This document shows positions 8,661 to 15,158 of a stretch of 15,158 bases of DNA, one piece after another. The notes below the pieces were generated by a model that was given only the letters and a program-made list of their open reading frames with translations, did not search any database and was not told the origin of the DNA. Position 1 is the first letter of the stretch. Every line of letters starts with the position of its first letter. Source of the stretch: Arcobacteraceae bacterium (GTDB lineage Bacteria; Campylobacterota; Campylobacteria; Campylobacterales; Arcobacteraceae); assembly GCA_048268245.1 (NCBI GenBank), contig JBLWVX010000047.1:1-15158 (forward strand). Direction: 5' to 3'. The translations under genes were made by a program, and so were the position numbers.

Positions 8661-9146
8661 ATGAACTATATTTCAAACTTTATAGATAAGCTTACCAAAA
8701 CGGGAGCTTATCTTGCAGGCTTTTTATTAGTATCTTTGGTTTTATTAATTTTAACAGAGATTTTTTTAAGATCTTTTTTTGATATTTCTACGATGATAGC
8801 AGATGAGTATAGTGGATATTTATATTTAGCTTCTATATTTTTAAGTTTAGGCTATGCTTTTTCAAAAGATGCACATATTAGAATTAACATAATTACTTCA
8901 AGATTATCAAAAAAGACAAACAAAAAGATTGATATTGTTGCAGCAATTATTACTTTGGGTGTTTTAGCTTTTGCTTTATATAGAACAATTCTTTTTACTT
9001 ATGATTCTTATGATTTAGAGATGTTATCAGAAAATGTATCTGAAACACCACTTTATATAACTCAACTTGCAATGCCAATAGGAATTACTGTTTTTATATT
9101 AGCAGTTGTATTATTTATATTCAAAGGATTCTCAAATGATAGCTGA
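8661..9146 (+). CDS. dctQ: TRAP transporter small permease
   Basis: 161 aa with four hydrophobic segments, motifs ADEYSGYL and HIRINII, located between dctP and dctM. Confidence 0.92.
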   Translation: MNYISNFIDKLTKTGAYLAGFLLVSLVLLILTEIFLRSFFDISTMIADEYSGYLYLASIFLSLGYAFSKDAHIRINIITSRLSKKTNKKIDIVAAIITLGVLAFALYRTILFTYDSYDLEMLSENVSETPLYITQLAMPIGITVFILAVVLFIFKGFSNDS

Positions 9147-10470
9147 TCCACTAATTTTAGCAGTAATTTTAATCACTGTAATGTTTGTTTTTTTATTGTC
9201 ATCTTTATGGATTGGTGTATCATTAATGCTTACAGGTATTATTGGAATGCTAATTTATGATCATAATTTACCTCCTGTAATTAGTATTTATGATAAGGTA
9301 GGAGATTTACTTGCTTCATCTTTATATGATGCAATGAATTCATGGTCGCTAGCAGCACTTCCTATGTTTATTTTGATGGGTGAAATTTTATATAAATCTT
9401 CTATTTCAGCAAAACTTTTAAATGGACTTAGACCTTGGCTTTCACATATTCCAGGGGGACTTTTACATGTAAATGTAGCTGCCTGTTCACTTTTTGCAGC
9501 AGTTTCAGGTTCAAGTACAGCAACAACAGCAACAGTTGGAAAAATAACACTTGATGAACTTCAAAAAAGAGGTTATTCAAAACAATTAGCGATGGGTTCT
9601 CTTGCTGGTTCTGGTACTTTGGGATATTTAATACCTCCTTCATTGATTATGATTATTTATGGGGTAATGGCTGATGTATCTATTGGTAAACTATTTTTAG
9701 CAGGATTACTTCCTGGGCTTTTAATGGCTTCTTTATACTCATTTTATATTATGTATAAAGCAAAAGTAGACCCAAGTGTTTTACCTGCAAATGAAGAGAA
9801 GTATACTTGGAGTGATAAACTATATTCATTAAAAGATTTAGCTCCAATTTTTTTACTGATTTCATTAGTTCTTGGTTCTATTTATGGAGGTTATGCAACA
9901 CCAACAGAAGCTGCTGCTTTAGGTGTATTAGGAAGTTTGATTTTAGCTGCTTATTTTAAAGCTGTATCTTTAGAGATTTTAAAAAATGCTTTATTAAATA
10001 GTGTCAGAACATCTGTAATGATTGGATTTATTATTGCTGGTGCTGTATTTTTATCTCAAGTAATAGGATTTCTAGGAATAGCAAGAGCTATGAGTGAGTT
10101 TATTACAGGACTTGGATTAACTCCAATGAAGCTTATTTTAATAATTGGTATTATGTATATAATTTTAGGAATGATATTAGAAGCTATTTCTATTGTTGTT
10201 ATGACTTTGCCTATTGTTTTACCTATTGTTGTATTAGCAGGTTTTGATCCTTTATGGTTTGGAGTATTCTTAGTATTTATGGTTGAAATGGCACAAATTA
10301 CACCTCCTGTAGGTTTCTCATTGTTTGTAATTCAAAGTATAAGTAATGAAAAAATACAAACAATTTTAAAAGCCACATTCCCATTTTTTATTCTGATGAT
10401 TGTAACGGTAGTAATTATTACTGTTTTCCCTGAAATAGTATTTTTCTTACCAGATCAAATGATTAAATAG
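9136..10470 (+). CDS. dctM: TRAP transporter large permease
   Basis: Motifs ALPMFILMGE, FAAVSGSS, GTLGYLIPPS, TPTEAAA and QITPPVG. The likely start is ATG 9136 (RBS AAGGA at 9124-9128), overlapping the dctQ end, rather than 9106. Confidence 0.95.
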   Translation: MIADPLILAVILITVMFVFLLSSLWIGVSLMLTGIIGMLIYDHNLPPVISIYDKVGDLLASSLYDAMNSWSLAALPMFILMGEILYKSSISAKLLNGLRPWLSHIPGGLLHVNVAACSLFAAVSGSSTATTATVGKITLDELQKRGYSKQLAMGSLAGSGTLGYLIPPSLIMIIYGVMADVSIGKLFLAGLLPGLLMASLYSFYIMYKAKVDPSVLPANEEKYTWSDKLYSLKDLAPIFLLISLVLGSIYGGYATPTEAAALGVLGSLILAAYFKAVSLEILKNALLNSVRTSVMIGFIIAGAVFLSQVIGFLGIARAMSEFITGLGLTPMKLILIIGIMYIILGMILEAISIVVMTLPIVLPIVVLAGFDPLWFGVFLVFMVEMAQITPPVGFSLFVIQSISNEKIQTILKATFPFFILMIVTVVIITVFPEIVFFLPDQMIK

Positions 10471-10474
10471 TTAC

Positions 10475-10506
10475 AAAAAAGAAGTAGTTTTTCTACTTCT
10501 TTTTTT
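10475..10506 (+). terminator. Rho-independent terminator after dctM (potentially bidirectional)
   Basis: AAAAAAGAAGTAG-TTTTT-CTACTTCTTTTTT: a perfect 13-bp inverted repeat with flanking A and T runs. Confidence 0.85.
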
Positions 10507-10514
10507 ATTTGTAT

Positions 10515-10550
10515 AAAACTCACTTTTTCCCTACTTGGAGTTGCTAGTAT
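10515..10550 (+). promoter_or_regulatory. Direct-repeat regulator box 3 (degenerate second half-site) plus extended -10
   Basis: aaaaCTCACTttttcCCTACTt with half-sites at 10519 and 10530, then TGcTAGTAT (hexamer 10545-10550). Confidence 0.65.
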
Positions 10551-10573
10551 TAAAAAAACTTTAGGTGGAAAAC

Positions 10574-10774
10574 ATGCTTGAATTATTATATGTATTTGTA
10601 TGTGTGATGATATATCTTATCTCTTTTATATATAGAAGAGTGTCAATACTTGCTAGTTTAGTGGTTTTATATACAGCTTACGTTTTAGAGGTTAGTTTAC
10701 CTTTTGCTCTTGGTGTTTTAGTCGTTTTAACCTTAATAAGACTTAAAAAAACAGGAGTTAGGGAAGAACTTTAA
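10574..10774 (+). CDS. Small hydrophobic membrane protein of unknown function (66 aa)
   Basis: ATG 10574 follows RBS AGGTGG at 10563-10568; the track's GTG start at 10565 lies within that RBS. Two to three hydrophobic segments and a charged tail RLKKTGVREEL. Confidence 0.7.
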   Translation: MLELLYVFVCVMIYLISFIYRRVSILASLVVLYTAYVLEVSLPFALGVLVVLTLIRLKKTGVREEL

Positions 10775-10794
10775 AAAATTATATGTTTAATATA

Positions 10795-10803
10795 TGGTAG
10801 AAT
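10795..10803 (+). promoter_or_regulatory. Extended -10 promoter (TGgTAGAAT) immediately upstream of pxpA
   Basis: TGn plus TAGAAT (5/6 match to TATAAT), 27 bp upstream of ATG 10830. Confidence 0.5.
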
Positions 10804-10829
10804 AAGGAATATCAATGCAAGGTAATGAA

Positions 10830-11567
10830 ATGGCAACTATTAGATTAAACTGTGATATGGGTGAGAGCTTTGGTATTTGGAAGATGGGATTAGATGAGCA
10901 AGTTATGCCTTATATAGATATGGCAAACTTAGCTTGTGGATTCCATGCAAGTGATGCTGTAACGATGAATAAATCAGTAGCTCTTGCAAAGCAAAACAAT
11001 GTAACAATAGGAGCTCATCCTGCATATCAAGATTTAGTAGGATTTGGAAGAAGAACAATGCAGTGTTCTTTAGAAGAAATTAAGTCAATAGTTTTATATC
11101 AATTAGGTGCTTTAAGTGCCTTTTGTAAAGCACATAAAACAGCAATATCTTATGTGAAACCACATGGAGCTTTATACAATGACATGATGAGAGATGAAAA
11201 TATTTATAAAGCAATTGTAAGTGCAATAGCTTCTTTTGACAAAAATATAAAAATTATGATTTTGTCAGGTCCTAAAAATGAGGCATATAAACATACAGCA
11301 CTTTTATATGGAATAAATGTAATTTATGAAGTATTTGCAGATAGAAACTACAATGATGATGGAACATTAGTTTCAAGAACAAGAGAAAATGCTGTTATTC
11401 ATGATGAATTAGATGTTGCCCAAAGAATTGCTACATTAAAAAATTATGGATATTTATATAGTGTAAGTGGACAAAAACTTTTTATGGCTGTTGATACTAT
11501 TTGTGTTCATGGGGATAATGAAAATGCTTTAGAGTTTATAAAGCTACTTAAAAAGGCGATGACCTAA
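10830..11567 (+). CDS. pxpA: 5-oxoprolinase subunit A (LamB/YcsF family)
   Basis: Motifs LNCDMGES, ACGFHA, GAHP, VKPHGALYN, FADRNY and TICVHGD. The start is ATG 10830 (AAGG at 10819-10822) or alternatively 10815. Confidence 0.95.
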   Translation: MATIRLNCDMGESFGIWKMGLDEQVMPYIDMANLACGFHASDAVTMNKSVALAKQNNVTIGAHPAYQDLVGFGRRTMQCSLEEIKSIVLYQLGALSAFCKAHKTAISYVKPHGALYNDMMRDENIYKAIVSAIASFDKNIKIMILSGPKNEAYKHTALLYGINVIYEVFADRNYNDDGTLVSRTRENAVIHDELDVAQRIATLKNYGYLYSVSGQKLFMAVDTICVHGDNENALEFIKLLKKAMT

Positions 11568-12241
11568 TGCAATTTAAAGTAGCATCTGTAGATTCATTGA
11601 TTATTTATTTTGGTGATGAAATAGCTCAAGATGTAGCACTAAAAGTAAAAAAAGCTTATCAAGGTTTAAAGATTTTAAATCTTGATGGCTTAATAGAAAT
11701 AATTCCTTCATATACTTCAATTTTTATAAGTTATGATATTTTCAAATATGATTATGAAAGTTTAGTAAAACTTTTAAAACAAGAAATAAATCTTGATTCA
11801 AAAGTAGAGTTTGAAGAAAAAATTGTAACTATTGATACTTATTATGACCCAGAAGTTGGTCTTGATTTAAAAGATATGTCTTTTAAAACAAATCTTAGTA
11901 TTGATGATATTATAGGAATTCATTCTAATAAACTTTATGATGTATATGCAATTGGATTTTTACCAGGTTTTGCATATTTAGCAAGTGTAGATAATGCTAT
12001 AGCAATGCCAAGATTAAGTAGTCCAAGAAAACAAATACCAAAAGGTTCTGTAAGTATTGCAGATACTCAAACAGCAGTTTATCCGTCAGCAAGTCCTGGT
12101 GGATGGAATATTATAGGTAGAACAGCATTAGAGCTATTTGATAGAAGTTTAGATACCTTATCTCCTTTAAGTGTAGGAGATAAAGTAAAGTTTAATCCTA
12201 TTAGTAAAAAAGAGTTTTTAGCCCAAGGAGGAGTTTTATGA
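11567..12241 (+). CDS. pxpB: 5-oxoprolinase subunit B (KipI / allophanate hydrolase subunit 1 family)
   Basis: Motifs EIIPSYTS, IGFLPGFAYL, PRKQIPKGSV and YPSASPGGWNIIGRT. TAATG overlap with pxpA. Confidence 0.95.
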   Translation: MQFKVASVDSLIIYFGDEIAQDVALKVKKAYQGLKILNLDGLIEIIPSYTSIFISYDIFKYDYESLVKLLKQEINLDSKVEFEEKIVTIDTYYDPEVGLDLKDMSFKTNLSIDDIIGIHSNKLYDVYAIGFLPGFAYLASVDNAIAMPRLSSPRKQIPKGSVSIADTQTAVYPSASPGGWNIIGRTALELFDRSLDTLSPLSVGDKVKFNPISKKEFLAQGGVL

Positions 12242-13149
12242 GTTTAGAAATAATCAACTCTCCTATTTTTGCAACCATTCAAGATAAAGGAAGATTTGGC
12301 TTCAACTCAATTGGAGTTACAAATTCAGGAGTTATGGATGAGTATGCTTATTTAATAGCAAATAAACTTCTTCAAAATAGTGAAGATGAAAATATAATTG
12401 AAATAGCTTTTTCAAATGTAGAGTTTAAAGCATTAAAAGATATAAAAATAGCCCTTACTGGTGCAACATGTGAGTTTTTTATAAACACAAATCCTTTTGC
12501 TATTTGGCAAACTTACAATATCAAAGCAGGTGATATTATAAAAGTAGGAAAAATACAAGAGGGTGCTAGAGTTTATCTTGGTGTTAAAGGTGGTTTTGAC
12601 ATTAAAAAAGAGTTTGGTAGTAATTCAACGACACTAAAAGAAAAACTTGGTGGAATAAATGCTGACAGATTACAAAAAGGTCAAATTCTAGAGTCTAAAA
12701 AAAGTAATGAATTTTATAATATAAGATTAAAAGATAAGTTTATTCCAAAATATGAAGATACTTTAGAGTTAAGAGTAATATTATCTTATCAAGATGAATT
12801 TTTTCCTAAAGAAGAAATAGATAAGTTTTTCTCTTCAATTTACACAGTATCTAATGAGTTTAATAGAATGGGATGTAAGCTTCAAGGTGAGGCTGTTTCT
12901 AGTAGTATTGATGGTATTATTTCTGAGGGAATTGGATTTGGTTCAATTCAAATACCAAGTGATGGTCAGCCAATTATTCTACTTAAAGATAGACAAACAA
13001 TTGGTGGTTATCCTAAAATTGGCTCACTTTTAAGTATAGATTGTTTTAAGTTAGCTCAAGCAAAACCAAAGACAAAAATAAAATTTAAGCCTATATCAAT
13101 TACTCAAGGCCAAGACTTAGTAAAGAAGTTTTATACCTCTTTACGATAA
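12238..13149 (+). CDS. pxpC: 5-oxoprolinase subunit C (KipA / allophanate hydrolase subunit 2 family)
   Basis: Motifs TIQDKGR, GARVYLGVKGG, NRMGCKL and GSIQIPSDGQPIILLKDRQTIGGYPKIG. ATGA overlap with pxpB. Confidence 0.95.
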   Translation: MSLEIINSPIFATIQDKGRFGFNSIGVTNSGVMDEYAYLIANKLLQNSEDENIIEIAFSNVEFKALKDIKIALTGATCEFFINTNPFAIWQTYNIKAGDIIKVGKIQEGARVYLGVKGGFDIKKEFGSNSTTLKEKLGGINADRLQKGQILESKKSNEFYNIRLKDKFIPKYEDTLELRVILSYQDEFFPKEEIDKFFSSIYTVSNEFNRMGCKLQGEAVSSSIDGIISEGIGFGSIQIPSDGQPIILLKDRQTIGGYPKIGSLLSIDCFKLAQAKPKTKIKFKPISITQGQDLVKKFYTSLR

Positions 13150-13926
13150 AAGAGCTTCAAAAAGCTCTTTTGAGTCAGTCCCTTTTTCATAAGTTTTAAT
13201 TTTAAATTCAAAGTTAGCTTTTAAAATAATTCCTGATTTACTTTTTAAAGTACTGTTTGATAAAAGTCTTTTTATATTATTGATTAGACTTTTTGCATCT
13301 TTTTGTGTTTTATCACCAAAAAGAACAAAGAATTTATTGTTTAAGAATCTTACTATTTCAAATTCACATTTATCATCATTTAGATGTTTTTTTAAGAAGT
13401 TACATATAAAAATAAGTAGATTATTAGATATCACATCTCCATACTCTTTTTGTATATAGTCATAATCAACAAGGTCAATCATAGAGATGATACCATTTTT
13501 TGTAAAATAAGCATTTTTATCTAAAACTTGATTATATAACCATTTTCTATTATAAGAGCTTGTTAAATCATCTAAAAAAATCTTTTTATTTAAGTTTTCT
13601 ATTTCTTTTTCTAAATTATCCATATGTTTATATATTTGAGTTAATGCATCAGTATCTTTATCTTCTATGGCTTTTTTTGTGTCTTTTGCAACTCTTTTAA
13701 GCTCTTTTGCATTATTTGCCACTATATCCATATAGTTTTCAATGCTATTAAAATCTTCAATAATTAGTTCATTTATCTCTTTCTTAAACTTTTCATCATT
13801 AAAATCTATTTCTAAAGTTTTTGCATTTTTATTAAATTTTTCAAAATAAACTGATGGCATGATTATTTCATTATTTAATAGTTCGTTTATAGTAAGATTT
13901 GTAATCTTTCTAAGCTCTTTTTTCAT
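13141..13926 (-). CDS. Coiled-coil plus degenerate GGDEF-domain protein
   Basis: A coiled coil leads into DDLTSSYNRK (the DxLT..NR hallmark) and MIDLVDYDYIQKEYG. The active-site loop reads RFLNNKF instead of RxGGDEF. Confidence 0.8.
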   Translation of the reverse strand: MKKELRKITNLTINELLNNEIIMPSVYFEKFNKNAKTLEIDFNDEKFKKEINELIIEDFNSIENYMDIVANNAKELKRVAKDTKKAIEDKDTDALTQIYKHMDNLEKEIENLNKKIFLDDLTSSYNRKWLYNQVLDKNAYFTKNGIISMIDLVDYDYIQKEYGDVISNNLLIFICNFLKKHLNDDKCEFEIVRFLNNKFFVLFGDKTQKDAKSLINNIKRLLSNSTLKSKSGIILKANFEFKIKTYEKGTDSKELFEALLS

Positions 13927-15146
13927 TTATTTTCTCCGATTATTTTCTCAATTGGCTGAGGTTTACCTATATAGTAACCTTGTGAGTAGTCAATTCCAAC
14001 AGCATTTACATACCTTAATATTTTTAAATCACTTACAAATTCTGCAACTATTTTTATATTTTGTTGTTTACAAAAATGAACAATGCTTTTAATCAGATTT
14101 AAGTAAATATCTTCATTAATCTTTTTTATTAACGAACCATCTATTTTAATATAGTCTACATTTAGATTTAAGATATATTCATAATTTGAAAAACCAGTTC
14201 CAAAGTCATCAATAGCTATTTGAACTCCATATTTTTTTACTTTTGCAATAAATTCATTTACGATATTATAGTTTGAAATTTTTTCACTTTCTAAAATTTC
14301 AATTGTAAGATACTCACCAATATGATTTGTATTTATTTTGCCAATAATAGATTTTTGAACATATGGGTTTAAAATATCAGTATAGTCAAGGTTTATACTG
14401 ATATGAATTTTGTATTTTATAATATATTCAACAACCTTATCTATTAAAAGTTCCATAAGTTTGTGATATAGTCTGGCTTTTTTAGCTTTTTGGATAAAAA
14501 CAAAAGGAGATAAAACATTTCCTTCTTTGTCAAAGACTCTCATTAAAGCTTCATATTTGTAAAGCTCTTCAGTATCTGAGTCAACAATTGCTTGTAAATA
14601 TGGTTCAACAAGTTTGTTTTCTATATTGTAAGTTAGAAGCTCTATAATATTTTCACTACCATGATCATTTTCATAAAGTTTTGCATCATAATATGTAAAA
14701 TGAATATTGTTTATTTTTGCATTATATAAAGCTTTTTCAGCATAAACTCTTAAATATGTATCTTTTGATTTAGAACATCCAATCGTAATATCAATATTAA
14801 TTGGTGTTTCATTTGTTTTTAAATTGAAATTATGATTAATTACTTTTTTAAATATAAGTTTTCTTATATCTGAGATTTCTTCTTGACTTAGATTATCATA
14901 TACAGTCAAAGAAAAAACATCTGCATGTAAATTTTTAAGTTCTGTATGAATATTTCTTTTAAGGGATTTTATTATTAATTTTATTATTTTGTTTTTTAAA
15001 AGGTTTTTTAATTGATTGATTATAAAATCACCATTTTTAAATCCATAGATTGCATTAATATCTTTCATATAAAGGATATCAATTAAAAATAGAGTTTTTA
15101 CATCTTTTTTATGTAATTGTTTGTATATATAACCATTTAAAAACAA
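13923..15146 (-). CDS. EAL-domain c-di-GMP phosphodiesterase with N-terminal degenerate GGDEF domain
   Basis: TTG start with AAGGT at 15152-15156. The degenerate GGDEF has INAIYGFKNGD and loop LHADVF. EAL motifs are intact: YEALMR, ISINL, EILESE, IDDFGTGFS, IKIDGS, AEFV and QGY. Confidence 0.9.
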   Translation of the reverse strand: MFLNGYIYKQLHKKDVKTLFLIDILYMKDINAIYGFKNGDFIINQLKNLLKNKIIKLIIKSLKRNIHTELKNLHADVFSLTVYDNLSQEEISDIRKLIFKKVINHNFNLKTNETPINIDITIGCSKSKDTYLRVYAEKALYNAKINNIHFTYYDAKLYENDHGSENIIELLTYNIENKLVEPYLQAIVDSDTEELYKYEALMRVFDKEGNVLSPFVFIQKAKKARLYHKLMELLIDKVVEYIIKYKIHISINLDYTDILNPYVQKSIIGKINTNHIGEYLTIEILESEKISNYNIVNEFIAKVKKYGVQIAIDDFGTGFSNYEYILNLNVDYIKIDGSLIKKINEDIYLNLIKSIVHFCKQQNIKIVAEFVSDLKILRYVNAVGIDYSQGYYIGKPQPIEKIIGENK

Positions 15147-15158
15147 AATTTACCTTAT

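Noticed and set aside
9428..9643. 71-aa minus-strand ORF
   Set aside because: Antisense shadow within the highly conserved dctM.
10780..10796. TATATG repeated at an 11-bp period upstream of pxpA
   Set aside because: Low complexity, overlaps the extended -10, and does not match the geometry of the other boxes.
13023..13028. Isolated CTCACT hexamers (also at 3383-3388 on the minus strand)
   Set aside because: Single half-sites within coding or remnant sequence, lacking a partner at 11 bp.
10830..13149. Annotation as allophanate hydrolase / urea amidolyase
   Set aside because: Legacy family names. The LamB/YcsF plus KipI plus KipA trio corresponds to 5-oxoprolinase PxpABC, and no biotin carboxylase or urea carboxylase gene is in the window.
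13859..14092. 77-aa plus-strand ORF
   Set aside because: Antisense to the GGDEF/EAL junction. Its hydrophobicity reflects the complement of A-rich codons.
1..15158. CRISPR arrays, tRNA/rRNA, IS elements, integrases, defence genes, poly-G/C phase-variation tracts
   Set aside because: None seen on reading. The A/T homopolymers are expected at this base composition.

Overview
AT-rich bacterial window, most likely Arcobacteraceae/Campylobacterota (inferred from low GC, the AHQWRQPL kinase H-box and gene style). It contains an autotransporter whose passenger looks compositionally foreign, a decayed chimeric outer-membrane gene remnant and a LOG-family gene. The core is a coherent + strand module: sCache sensor kinase, HD-GYP phosphodiesterase, OmpR-type response regulator, TRAP transporter (DctPQM, resembling pyroglutamate-binding DctP6/7), a 66-aa membrane protein and 5-oxoprolinase pxpABC. 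A convergent EAL / degenerate-GGDEF pair ends the window. The main observation is a CTCACT-N5-CTCACT direct-repeat box (11-bp period) that recurs with identical spacing to a -10 element upstream of the kinase, dctP and the small ORF-pxpABC unit. This suggests an autoregulated two-component 5-oxoproline (pyroglutamate) sensing, uptake and catabolism regulon. The inserted HD-GYP gene has a variant box (GATACT) with the same geometry. All family assignments are from motif recognition, not database searches.
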